A stretch of DNA of 64,000 nt from Planctomycetota bacterium. GTDB taxonomy: Bacteria; Planctomycetota; B15-G4; SIAN01. The translations under genes were made by a program, and so were the position numbers. This document shows positions 46,388-56,238 of the stretch, in pieces (position 1 is the stretch's first letter; each line of letters starts with the position of its first letter). Under the pieces are notes generated by a model. It did no database searches. It was not told the origin of the DNA and saw only the letters and a program-made list of their open reading frames with translations. The stretch covers positions 32,001 through 96,000 of the forward strand of contig JANNXA010000037.1 in NCBI GenBank assembly GCA_031409275.1, given 5' to 3'.

Positions 46388-48334
46388 ATGCCAGCCATCG
46401 CATTGCGCGCCGCACTGCTGTTCCCCTTGGTCTCACTCGCGGCGGCATTGCCGGGCCGTCCATCGACGCCGCAGGAGCGTGCCACCGACGCGAAGGTGAC
46501 GCGCGTGATCCGCGGCGGGCGCCTCTTCGATCCCGAGCTCGCGGCGACGCGGCCGCTGGGTCAGCTCTGGATCGCGGGCGATCGCGTGGTCGGCGAGCGG
46601 TCGCTCGACACGCCGCTGCCGGCCGGTGCGGCGCTCTTCGAGGCGGACGGACTCACGCTGCTGCCAGGGCTCATCGACCTGCACTGCCACTCAATGGTGG
46701 CGGGCGGGAGCCTGACGGGCGGACTCACGTTGGCGGCGGAGGAGAATCTGGCAACGCACGCGGCGTTCGGCGTGCTGACCGCCGTCGACCTGCACAACGA
46801 GCCGGACTACGTCTTCGGGTTGCGCGAGCAGGTCGCGGAGGCGCCGAGCATGGCGCGCCTGCTGGCCGCGGGTGGCGCCTTCACCGTGCCGGGTGGCCAT
46901 TGCACCCAGTTCGGTTTCGAGCCCAATGTCGTGCGATCCAGCGCGGACGTTGGCACGCGCATGGACGCGTTGCTGGCGCGCAAGCCCGATGTCGTGAAGG
47001 CCGTCGTGGAACACGGCGGTTGGGGGACGCTTGGCAAGTTGCCGACGCTCGACCTGCCGACGCTGACGGCCATCGCAGAGCGCACGCGCGCCGCAAACGT
47101 GCCGCTCTTCTGCCACATCTGGACGCTGGACGAGGCGAAGACCGCGGCGCGCGCTGGCGTGAATGCGCTGGTCCACGGCGTCTTCGTCGGCGCCGTCGAT
47201 GACGAGTTGATCGCGCTGATGAAGGAGAAGGACGTCGGCTACGTGCCGACGCTGGCGGTGGTGGTGGGGGCGAAGCGCGTCACCACCGGCCGCTCGCCCT
47301 ATCTGCGCGAACGCATCGCCGGCCTGCTCCATCCGGAACTCACCGACGTGCTCACCACCGCGGGCGCTTCGAGCTGGATCGACGGCTGGGCGGGATACGA
47401 CGAGGCGCTCTTCTTCGCGAACCTGCGCCGGCTCCACGCGGCGGGGATCCGCTGCGGCACTGGCACCGACGCCGGCAATCCGCTGACGCCGCACGGTCCG
47501 TCGTTGCTGGTCGAGATCGCGTTCTACGTCGAGGCGGGACTGACTCCCGGCCAGGCGCTGCGCTGCGCGACGCTCGAATCGGCGCGACTGCTGCGCCGCG
47601 ATGACCTCGGCTCGCTCGCGGCGGGCAAGCGAGCCGACTTCGTTTGCGTGCGCGGCGATCCGACGCAAGACGTGGCGGCGCTGTGGCAGATCGAGGGGGT
47701 GGTGAAGGGCGGACAGGACGTGGGGCGCGACCAGTTGCGCGAACGCAACGCGACCCGCGCGCGCGGACCGCAGACGGTGATCCTGCACACCGACGTTGCG
47801 CCGCAGGTCGACGACTTCGACGACGGCGACCTCGCCTGCAGCTGGGGCGGCGAGTGGAGCGCAGTGGCGGACGGCCTGGCGCCAGGAGGTCGATCGACGG
47901 CGACGCTCGAGAACGCGGAGAGCGGCGGGAGCGGCGTGCTGCTGATGCACGGGACGCTTGCCGAGGGCTCGCCCTATGGTGCGTTCGCCAGCGCGATGGT
48001 GCAGTGGGATCCACAGGCCGCACGAGTCGTCGACGTCAGTGCCGCCAAGGAGTTGGTGGTGCGCGTGCGCGGCCACGGCGGTCCCTTCGAAGTGGTGCTC
48101 GATCGCGTGGCCGTGCGCGACTACGACGTCTTCACCGCGAGCCTCGCGGTCAGCGACGAGTGGAGCGAGCGACGTCTTCCGCTGACGGCGTTCCGTCAGA
48201 AGGGCTTTGGCGCGCGCGTCGCTGCCGGTACCAAGGACGTGAGGGGGCTCACGATCAGCGCCCGCATGCCGCCCGGAGCACAGAGCGGCTTCGGCGAGTT
48301 CGAACTCGAGATCGACTCGATCCGCTTCGAGTAG
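46388..48334 (+). CDS. Exported amidohydrolase with C-terminal CIA30/CBM-like domain
   Basis: LLPGLIDLHCH, GTDAG, GSLAAGKRADFV; C-terminal DDFDDG...WSE.RLPLTAFRQ...FELEIDSIRFE. Confidence 0.8.
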   Translation: MPAIALRAALLFPLVSLAAALPGRPSTPQERATDAKVTRVIRGGRLFDPELAATRPLGQLWIAGDRVVGERSLDTPLPAGAALFEADGLTLLPGLIDLHCHSMVAGGSLTGGLTLAAEENLATHAAFGVLTAVDLHNEPDYVFGLREQVAEAPSMARLLAAGGAFTVPGGHCTQFGFEPNVVRSSADVGTRMDALLARKPDVVKAVVEHGGWGTLGKLPTLDLPTLTAIAERTRAANVPLFCHIWTLDEAKTAARAGVNALVHGVFVGAVDDELIALMKEKDVGYVPTLAVVVGAKRVTTGRSPYLRERIAGLLHPELTDVLTTAGASSWIDGWAGYDEALFFANLRRLHAAGIRCGTGTDAGNPLTPHGPSLLVEIAFYVEAGLTPGQALRCATLESARLLRRDDLGSLAAGKRADFVCVRGDPTQDVAALWQIEGVVKGGQDVGRDQLRERNATRARGPQTVILHTDVAPQVDDFDDGDLACSWGGEWSAVADGLAPGGRSTATLENAESGGSGVLLMHGTLAEGSPYGAFASAMVQWDPQAARVVDVSAAKELVVRVRGHGGPFEVVLDRVAVRDYDVFTASLAVSDEWSERRLPLTAFRQKGFGARVAAGTKDVRGLTISARMPPGAQSGFGEFELEIDSIRFE

Positions 48335-48381
48335 GCGCGCGCGGCGTGCTCCGCAGCTTCTTCTTCATCTTCGCTGCGCAC

Positions 48382-48410
48382 GTTCGCCGAGCGTTCACCA
48401 ACGCTTGACG
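48382..48410 (+). promoter_or_regulatory. Possible Pho box (11-bp-period direct repeats) upstream of the PhoX-like gene
   Basis: GTTCGCC (48382), GTTCACC (48393), CTTGACG (48404), spaced 11 bp apart. Confidence 0.35.
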
Positions 48411-48494
48411 CAGCCGCGCGAATCTCGTGGACCTCTCGAGCACACTTCCGTGCACGAGCGGATCCAGCCACCCAAGATCCACGAGGAGATCGAG

Positions 48495-50027
48495 ATGCAG
48501 TTCACCCGGGCCCATGGAATCGCCTTGGCGGCCGCTGCCGCTGCTGTCGCCGGTCTGGCGACGACCAGCGTCGGCGCCGCGCGCCTGCTCCCCTCCGTTC
48601 CGCCAGCCGCGGTGTCGTTGACCGCCGACTACAGCCTGCTGCCGATCTTGAGCGTCGGCGATCGCGTTCCGGTGACGGGGGACGCGGCCCGCACGTACCA
48701 GCTCGTCGGAATTCCCGACGGCCTCGGCGCGCGCTCGAACCGCAAGGGCGACGTGATCGTCTACCTGAGCCACGAGAACACGCAGGGCACGCTCTCCGAG
48801 CCTTACGTCGGCGAGACCTTGAACCGCGGCGCGTTCGTGTCGCGCTTCGTGATCGACAAGAACGGCGTGGTCCTCTCCGGCAAGCGCGCCTACGACAAGG
48901 TCTACCTCGACGACGCGTTCGTCGGCCCCGCTGCCGACGTCGGCAACGCGACGCCCGCCTTCACGCGCTTCTGCTCCGGCTCGATGGCCGGTTCCGCCGA
49001 GGGACTCTCCACCTCGATCTACTTCGCCAACGAGGAGAGCGCCGGCGCCGGGACGTTCGAAGGCAAGGGCGGCCTCACGGTCGCCATCTTCGAGGATGAG
49101 GCGCACGGCCTCACCTGGCTCGGCCGCTTCGCGTGGGAGAACGCGCTGGTGCAGCCGGGCACCGGCGACCTCACCGTGGTGATGTCGATGGAAGACGGGC
49201 CGGCGGAACTCGACCCGACCAAGGACAACAGCCAGCTCTACATGTACGTCGGCACCAAGGACAAGTCGCCTGGCGCGACCGTCCTCCAGAAGAACGGCCT
49301 TGTGGGTGGCAAGCTCTACGTGCTGCGCGCGAAGGACTCGACGAAGAACAGCGAGGCGACCTTCACCTCCGGTTCCGTCGAGTGCAAGTGGATCGAGATC
49401 CCGAACGCGAACACGCTGAGCGACGTGCAGCTCGAGGCGGCGGCCGATGCGGCGAACGCCATGGTCTTCGCGCGTCCGGAAGACGGCTGCTTCAACAAGC
49501 GCAACTCGAAGAACTTCTTCTTCAACACGACGGGTGGCGCGAAGGGCGCGAACGAACTCGGCCGCGTCTACTCGATGCGGATGAACAAGAAGTCGCCGAC
49601 TGGCGACGCGGTGCTGACCCTGGTCGTCAACGCGGACGCGACCGTCGCGGCGGGTGGCGACACTGCGGTTAGCCCCGACAACATCGACTGCAACGGCGAC
49701 TACCTGATGGTGCAGGAAGATGGCACGACCGAGTCGCGCGTCGTCATGAGCAGCAAGGGGCGCGATGGCTCGATCTGGCGCTTTGACCTGACCGGCACCC
49801 TCGGCTTCAACGCGCTCTCTGCCCTCCGCGTGGTCGAGCTCGATCCGCCGGGTCGCGACGGCGTCGCGGTGGGTTCGGGCGTCTGGGAGAGCAGCGGAAT
49901 CATCGCGACCGACGGTCTGTTCGGAGCCGGCTCCTTCCTCTTCGACGTGCAGGCTCACCGCCCGACGGCGGCGCCCTTCGCCAACACGGTCGAGGATGGC
50001 CAGCTCCTGATCATGCTGAAGAACTGA
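48495..50027 (+). CDS. PhoX-like (DUF839) secreted alkaline phosphatase
   Basis: GIPDGLG, SHEN, RFCSG, NEES, GRFAWEN, RPEDG, SPDNID, VQED, WESSGI, DVQAH, GQLL; GAGGAG RBS. Confidence 0.8.
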   Translation: MQFTRAHGIALAAAAAAVAGLATTSVGAARLLPSVPPAAVSLTADYSLLPILSVGDRVPVTGDAARTYQLVGIPDGLGARSNRKGDVIVYLSHENTQGTLSEPYVGETLNRGAFVSRFVIDKNGVVLSGKRAYDKVYLDDAFVGPAADVGNATPAFTRFCSGSMAGSAEGLSTSIYFANEESAGAGTFEGKGGLTVAIFEDEAHGLTWLGRFAWENALVQPGTGDLTVVMSMEDGPAELDPTKDNSQLYMYVGTKDKSPGATVLQKNGLVGGKLYVLRAKDSTKNSEATFTSGSVECKWIEIPNANTLSDVQLEAAADAANAMVFARPEDGCFNKRNSKNFFFNTTGGAKGANELGRVYSMRMNKKSPTGDAVLTLVVNADATVAAGGDTAVSPDNIDCNGDYLMVQEDGTTESRVVMSSKGRDGSIWRFDLTGTLGFNALSALRVVELDPPGRDGVAVGSGVWESSGIIATDGLFGAGSFLFDVQAHRPTAAPFANTVEDGQLLIMLKN

Positions 50028-50097
50028 AGTCCTGAAGAACTGAAGTCCACGATCGGCACCTTGGATCGGCACCTCCTGACGCCGGTCTGTTTTCACC

Positions 50098-50139
50098 GCA
50101 CCCCTCTCGTCGCGGCCCACACCGCGGCGGGAGGGGTGT
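50098..50139. terminator. Strong GC hairpin between convergent genes (no U-tract)
   Basis: GCACCCCTCTCGTCGCGG-CCCACA-CCGCGGCGGGAGGGGTGT. Confidence 0.5.
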
Positions 50140-50173
50140 GTCGTTCCGGCGTGCCGATCTTCCGAGCCCTCAC

Positions 50174-51383
50174 TCAGTGGCCGAGCTTCTCCTCCCAGCC
50201 CGGGAAGTACTCGCCGAGGTCGCGGCGCGTCTCGTCGCGCGGCTTTCCAAAGGTGTCGATGAAGTTCGGCAAGCTGCCGACGAACTCGATGCCCGGCGGC
50301 AGCAGATCGCCGCGGCGCGAGGACGCGTCGATCTGGTCGAACGTCCATGAATCGAAGATGACCCGCCATTCGTCGCGGGGCGAGTGCCACAGCGTGAGTC
50401 GCTCGAAACGGCAGCGCTCGAATCGCGTGGCAAGAGCAGGGACGCGGACGTCGAAGAGGTAGCAATACGAGTCAGGGGAGCTGCCGTACCCGCCCGCGAA
50501 AACGCAGTCGATGGCGCGCAGCGCCGTCGACGTGAGGCCGAGTGCTTCACATCCGCCCGCCCCGCAATCGAAGCCGACGATTCGCACCCGCTCGAGCGTG
50601 ATCGTCGCCCGCGTTCTGCCGCGTAAGTCGCAGAGCGGCCCGTCGTTCCAGAAGGTGAAGTCGCGCAGGGTCAGGTTGCGGACGTCGCCGCTCGCCGTCA
50701 GGTCTTCAAACTGCAGCAGCGTCTGGTCCATGCCGGCGCCGCTGATCACGAGGTCGCGCGGAAACAAGTCCGTCTCTTCAAGGCTCCGATCGAGCAACGT
50801 CGGGAAGCAGCCGGCGGGGAAACCGAGGGTCGCCCCCTCCTCGATCGGAGGCGTCGGCGTCATGGAGCAGCGCCGCATCGGGCGCTTCGCCCTGCTCCAT
50901 TCGCGCCATCAGCTCGAACGCGGCGCCGACCTTGCGCGCCGCTTCGCGCTCGTTCGCCTGATTCGCGAGCCGTACGCCGAGCGCCTCGGGATGCGTCGCA
51001 ACGAGAGCTTCGAATGCTGCGAGGCCGCGGACGAGCTCGTCGGCGGGCAGTGAGTCGCGGCGCACGCTCGACCAGCCGGTCGCGAGCCCGGCGCTGCCGC
51101 GGCGGCGCAGCTCGGCATCGAATCGGGCCGCGCGGTCGTCGTCGACACGCTCTGCGTCGGGCTCGACGTTCACTCCATCGACCGACGACCGCCCCGTTTC
51201 CGACGTCGATCGATCGGCGTCGATGGACGCGAGTTTGTTGGCGAGCGCTGCGACGGCTGAGTCGCGCGATCCGACCGGCCCGGCTCGCGACGTGAGCGGA
51301 GTGAAAACGCGATCGAGCAGCACGCCGGCGGCGAGGCTGCCCGCCACGACCGCGACCCATGGAACCACCCGAGGAGTCGCCAT
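50174..51383 (-). pseudogene. Hypothetical gene split across two overlapping frames (50778-51383 and 50174-50878); probable frameshift near 50850; C-terminal part resembles a beta-helix
   Basis: GC3-rich codons follow the first frame to ..LLHDADA, then continue in the second frame as PIEEGATLGFPAG...LVISGAGMDQTLL. Confidence 0.45.
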
Positions 51384-51550
51384 CGAAAGAGCTCCGTCTC
51401 GCTCGTGCGCCGCACCGCCCCGCCGCCATCCAAGCGGTCGCGCCCGGCGGGAACTCGAAGGCGCACGCAGCGTACCGCCCTCCTCGTCAGCGCAGCGTGG
51501 CCCCGGTAGCGTGCGCCACGACTCATGCCACCTCGAGGGATGAAGAAGCC

Positions 51551-54500
51551 ATGAACCATCGCACCGCTTCGCTGCCGCTCCTGCTGCTTGCGCTTGCGAC
51601 CGGCGCCGCGGCGTCGGGATTCGCGCCCCAGGACGTTCCCGTCAAGCCGGGGGCGCCAGTGAAGGGCGCGGTCGCGGACGACGGCAAGGTCGACCTGCGC
51701 GGCGAGCTGTCGACGCTCGAACAGGTCTGGAAGCGGCGCACGGCGTTGCGCTGGTTGAAGGGCAACAAAGAGGTTCTCGAAGCGCTCGGCAAGGTGATCG
51801 ACCCGATCTCGGCGCAGTCGATCTCGTCGCTGGTTGGCTCGCCGCCGCGCTTCGATGAGCTCGACTACCACTACGTCGAGAAGCAGGAGAACTGCGAGCG
51901 GCGACTGCTCGCCCACTTGCGCGCGGAGAAGTTCCGCGGCGTGGCCGACCTGCTCGAAGTCGTGGCGACGAAGAACTACCCGAACTCGGTCGCCTACGCC
52001 GACTTGATGGCGCAGGTCGAGCTCAACTGGCGCTTCGCCGCGAAGCGCGGGCTCCTCGACGACGGCGAAGAGACGGCGGCGCTCGGCCGACGACTCGCCG
52101 GCGAGACGGAGCGCATCCGCGGGACCGCTGGCCACGCGTTCGAAGAGGTCGCGAAAGACCTGTGGAAGGAGACCAAGCCTGACGACTTCCCCGCGGCCTG
52201 GTTCGACGCGAGCTGCGAGGTCATCTCGTTCCAGTTCGGGCCGATCCCTGACGACGGCGGCTTCCCGCGCGTCGACCTCGCCACGGTCACGCGCGAGCAG
52301 TTGCTCGAGGTGCCCGGTATCGACGGAGACGCGGCCGACGCGATCTTGAAGTACCGCGCCAAGCGCGGCCTGCGCGGCGCCGAGGAGCTGCGTTTCGTCG
52401 AGGCGATCCCCGCGCGCGATCGCGAGCCGCTGCAGACGCTCTTCACCGTCGCCAAGGCGACCGCGATGCCGAAGAAGAAGTGGACCGTGATGGTCTACTT
52501 GAACGCCGCGAACAACCTCGAGCCGTTCGGCATCAAGGACATGAACGAGATGGAGTCGGCGGGCTCGAGCTCGGAAGTGAACGTCGTCGTGGAGTGCACC
52601 CGCTTCCGCTCGGAGCCCAAGGCGCGCCCCAACGGCGCCTACCTCAGCAACCCGTTCTCCGACCACGAGCCCGAGTACTACCGCGGTCTCGACAATCAGC
52701 CCGGCACGCGGCGCTGGTACGTCCTGAAGGACGACGATCCGATGCGCATCCGCTCGGTGATGCTCGACAACATCGGCGAGACCGATGCGGGGCGACCCGA
52801 GCCGCTCACCGAGTTCGGCCGCTACGCGATCGAGCAGTTCCCGGCCGAGAACTACGCGCTGGTCATCTGGAACCACGGCGCTGGCTGGAGCGGCGTCTCC
52901 GCCGACGAGAACACCCACCACACGCTCGAGATGGGCGACGTGCGAGTGGCGCTGGAAGGGATGCAGCCGTCGCTGCGAGCGCAGGGCAAGAGCAAGCTCG
53001 ACGTCCTCGACTTCGACGCCTGCTTGATGGCGACGCTGGAAGTCGCCTACGAATTGCGCGACACGGTCGATTTCCTGGCCAGCTCGCAGGAGACCGAGCC
53101 GGGCGATGGCATGGCGTACGGCGAGTACCTGCGCTGGCTCAACACCTATCCCGAGGCGCCGGCGGCGTCGCTGGCGAAGGCGATGGTCGAGACCTACGTG
53201 CGCGCGTATGCGCCGGGCGGCGTGCAGGTCGAGGGCGATTTCTGGAGCGGCAGCGAGACCAAGTCGGCGCTGCGCCTCGCGCGCATCGGCGAGTTGAAGG
53301 GCGCCGTCGAAGAGGTCGCGAAGCTGCTGCAGGGCAAGAAGGAGCTGCTCGGCGACGTGGCCGACCGCATCCTCAAGGAGACGCGCGCCTTCGGGAACCT
53401 GGTCGACCTGCAGGACTTCCTGGTCAAGGTCGTCGCCCATGAGAAGGGCGATCCGGCGCTGCGCACGGCCGCGGAGCGGGTGATCGACCTGCTCGGCTAT
53501 CCGGCCGAGGTCGACGCGCAACTCGTGAACGAGGTCGTGATCAAGCGGCGCTCACCGGGCAACGTCGTCTGGGGCTTTAACGGCTGGGCGAGCCCGCCGC
53601 GCAACCTCGCGCCGTTCGTCGCCAACTCGCGCTTCGCGAAGACGCCGCTCTCCGGTCCCGACGAGAAGGGCGACTACGTGGCGCGCCTCGCGTTCCCGCC
53701 GATGCTGAAGAACAGCAAGAGCGGCAAGCTCGAGTTCGTCACCGAGATCAACTGGCAGTTCGAGGGCGAAGGCGACAAGAAGACGGCGAAGGATTTCAAG
53801 AACTGGAGCTTCACCGCCGACTTCCCGTCGACCGCCGCGGTCCTGGCCGAAGGCCACGCGATCGGCAACCATCGCAGCCACGGCCTCTCGATCTACTTCC
53901 CGGCTTACCTCGGCTTCGATCCCGACTACGAGCGCCTCCAGTTCGCGAAGGACTCGGCGTGGACCGATCTCGTGCGCAAGTTCCCGATCAAGGAGCTCGG
54001 CCCGGCGAAGCCGGTGGCGTTGCTCGGCCTGAACCACGTGACCAAGGCGGCGCGCACGGAGCTCGGCAAGGCGGTCGTCTTCGAGGACCTCGAGAAGCGC
54101 GCGCGCGATCTCGATGTCGCGGCGATCTGGAAGGGCGACTTCCAGGGGCTCGGCCTGGAAGTCGACGCGATCCGCGATCCCAAGCCCTACGGCCTCGATT
54201 GGACCGCGATGCTGAGCCACTTCGAGCAGAGCATCGTGGTGCTCGACAACCATCAGGGCGGCGAGGTCGGCGGCGGCGGGATGTCGATGGACGACGTCTA
54301 CGCGATGATCGGCCAGTTCACCGGCGGTGGCGGCGGCAAGCGGGTGAAGACGCCGCGCGCGGTCGGCCCCGAAGGGCGCGACGTGATGCGCCATCTGCAG
54401 GCGGGCGGGCGCATGCTGATCGGCATGCCAGGCGCGGGCTCGGCGGTGTGGGACACGCCGCTCTATCGCGACACGCTCGGCGTTCGTTACGTGCGGACGT

Positions 54501-54892
54501 GGGATCGCGGCTTCGACTTCGTTGCCCCGGGTGCCCAGAAGATCGCCGCGGACAAGAGCTTCACGCTCGACCTCGCGACCAAGCGCGACAAGGTCAGCGT
54601 GCTCGCCGCGGTGGACGGCGCGACGGGCGTCGAGCCGTTCGTGACGCTGCCCGATGGCCAGTGGCTCGGCGTGAAGATCGCGCGGCGCGATGCGACGTCG
54701 GGTCGTGAAGTGCGCGCCGTAGTGCTCGGCTTCTTCCTCGCCGATGTGAAGGGCGACGAGGATCGGCGCGCGCTGCTGGCCGAGGCGCTTGCGTTCCTGG
54801 GGCAGGGTGGCCGCGACGTCGGCCTCTCGGCCACGGCGACGCCGGCTCCAGGCGCGGCGGCTAGCACGGCACCGGCCCAGGGCGGCTCGTAA
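51551..54892 (+). CDS. Secreted clostripain-like (C11) cysteine peptidase with helix-hairpin-helix domain
   Basis: Signal peptide. HhH: VDLATVTREQLLEVPGIDGDAADAILKYR. C11: KWTVMVYLNAANNLE, ALVIWNHGAGW, LDFDACLMATLEVAYEL, SQETEPG, HGLSIYFP. Confidence 0.85.
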   Translation: MNHRTASLPLLLLALATGAAASGFAPQDVPVKPGAPVKGAVADDGKVDLRGELSTLEQVWKRRTALRWLKGNKEVLEALGKVIDPISAQSISSLVGSPPRFDELDYHYVEKQENCERRLLAHLRAEKFRGVADLLEVVATKNYPNSVAYADLMAQVELNWRFAAKRGLLDDGEETAALGRRLAGETERIRGTAGHAFEEVAKDLWKETKPDDFPAAWFDASCEVISFQFGPIPDDGGFPRVDLATVTREQLLEVPGIDGDAADAILKYRAKRGLRGAEELRFVEAIPARDREPLQTLFTVAKATAMPKKKWTVMVYLNAANNLEPFGIKDMNEMESAGSSSEVNVVVECTRFRSEPKARPNGAYLSNPFSDHEPEYYRGLDNQPGTRRWYVLKDDDPMRIRSVMLDNIGETDAGRPEPLTEFGRYAIEQFPAENYALVIWNHGAGWSGVSADENTHHTLEMGDVRVALEGMQPSLRAQGKSKLDVLDFDACLMATLEVAYELRDTVDFLASSQETEPGDGMAYGEYLRWLNTYPEAPAASLAKAMVETYVRAYAPGGVQVEGDFWSGSETKSALRLARIGELKGAVEEVAKLLQGKKELLGDVADRILKETRAFGNLVDLQDFLVKVVAHEKGDPALRTAAERVIDLLGYPAEVDAQLVNEVVIKRRSPGNVVWGFNGWASPPRNLAPFVANSRFAKTPLSGPDEKGDYVARLAFPPMLKNSKSGKLEFVTEINWQFEGEGDKKTAKDFKNWSFTADFPSTAAVLAEGHAIGNHRSHGLSIYFPAYLGFDPDYERLQFAKDSAWTDLVRKFPIKELGPAKPVALLGLNHVTKAARTELGKAVVFEDLEKRARDLDVAAIWKGDFQGLGLEVDAIRDPKPYGLDWTAMLSHFEQSIVVLDNHQGGEVGGGGMSMDDVYAMIGQFTGGGGGKRVKTPRAVGPEGRDVMRHLQAGGRMLIGMPGAGSAVWDTPLYRDTLGVRYVRTWDRGFDFVAPGAQKIAADKSFTLDLATKRDKVSVLAAVDGATGVEPFVTLPDGQWLGVKIARRDATSGREVRAVVLGFFLADVKGDEDRRALLAEALAFLGQGGRDVGLSATATPAPGAAASTAPAQGGS

Positions 54893-54905
54893 GCGAGCGA
54901 CGCGC

Positions 54906-56171
54906 TCAGAAGCGCAACTCGATCCGCGCGACGGTCGGCCGCTGCCGATCGCCGGTGCGACGCGCTTCGTGGAGCGCCAGCGCCGGATCGATCGCGACGA
55001 TGCCCGCATGCACCCGTTTGCCCTTCACCGTCACGGTGAGGGGCAGGGCGGGATCGAGCCATGGCGCCTTCACGAGCAGTGCGGCCGAGCGCACTCCTTT
55101 CGCCGTGAATGCGAGGGTGACGCCTTCCTTGGTGAGGCTGCGCTTCCACTCGAGCTTCGCAACCTTTCCGTCCATCGCGCGGATCGTCGCCTGGCGCTGC
55201 TGATCGCGGCTGAGCGACGAGGAGACGGGCACGCGCGCCGGCACGTCGACCGCGTCGGGATCGACCGCGACGATTTCGAGCCACGGCAGCGCGACGTGGT
55301 CGCCGTCGGCGAGCAGCGTTCCGCTCGCTGGGATCAACGGCAGCGCGACCGGCGTCGCGTCGAGCTTGGCAGCGACCGCGTCCATCCCCTGCAGCGGCAG
55401 TTGATGGATGCCGTCCGGATCGATCGTCACGTCGACGTCGAGCCCGAGCTTCGCCGCACTGCGCGCCAACTCCTCGAGATTCCAGACCATCTCGGCGTCG
55501 TCCTTGCCGCCGCAACACGCGAGGAGTCGCGCTCCGGCGACGTTCTTCAGGAGCCGCCAGTGGTTGCGTCGCGGCGCACTGCCAAGCGCGACGATCCCAC
55601 GCGCGACGCCGGGGCGATGCTCGACGAAGTCGAAGCAGGCGTGGCCTGACCAGGAGAAGCCGGTGAGCCAGAGGCGGTCCGGATCGCCGCCCGCGACGAA
55701 GGAGGCGGTGTGAAGGAACTTCCGCCAGGCGTCGCGCCCCGTGTCGCTGAACTCGGGCGGGATGAACTCGCCCTCGACCCACGCGACGACCGGCGTCGTC
55801 AGTCGGTACCAGCTCGCGACCGTGTTCCAGAAGAGGTCGAAGATGACCGGTGGCGCGCCGTCGCTCGCGCGCGCCGGAGGAACGACGATCAGCTTCAGCG
55901 CGGCGCCCTGCCACGGCACCGCCACTTCGAAACGAGCGCCCGCCGGACGCGCGGGTGGCGTGGTCAGCGCGCGCAGCAACGCCTGCGGATCGCCGGCGCA
56001 GCGGGTCGCCAGCGCGGCGATCTGCGCCTGTGCTTTCGCGTCGTCGAGTTCGGCGAGGCACGCCTCCACCGCGGCCTGCAGCTCGGCCGTTGTTGCCCTC
56101 TCTTGCGTAGCCGTGCGCACCGGCAGCAGCGCGACGGCCAGTGACGCGGCGATCTGGACGAGTGCGACCAT
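54906..56171 (-). CDS. Exported alpha/beta-hydrolase-like hypothetical protein
   Basis: DPDRLWLTGFSWSG nucleophile motif, G.KDD, GIH. Confidence 0.6.
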   Translation of the reverse strand: MVALVQIAASLAVALLPVRTATQERATTAELQAAVEACLAELDDAKAQAQIAALATRCAGDPQALLRALTTPPARPAGARFEVAVPWQGAALKLIVVPPARASDGAPPVIFDLFWNTVASWYRLTTPVVAWVEGEFIPPEFSDTGRDAWRKFLHTASFVAGGDPDRLWLTGFSWSGHACFDFVEHRPGVARGIVALGSAPRRNHWRLLKNVAGARLLACCGGKDDAEMVWNLEELARSAAKLGLDVDVTIDPDGIHQLPLQGMDAVAAKLDATPVALPLIPASGTLLADGDHVALPWLEIVAVDPDAVDVPARVPVSSSLSRDQQRQATIRAMDGKVAKLEWKRSLTKEGVTLAFTAKGVRSAALLVKAPWLDPALPLTVTVKGKRVHAGIVAIDPALALHEARRTGDRQRPTVARIELRF

Positions 56172-56238
56172 GTCGACGCGCTCCAAGGTCGTGCGTGAGC
56201 CACGCGTTCGCGTGGACCACCGCAACTGCCAAGCCGTT

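Noticed and set aside
46388..48334. Amidohydrolase as part of cyanophycin degradation
   Set aside because: It has a signal peptide and a CIA30-like domain, whereas the cph proteins look cytoplasmic; only adjacency supports a link.
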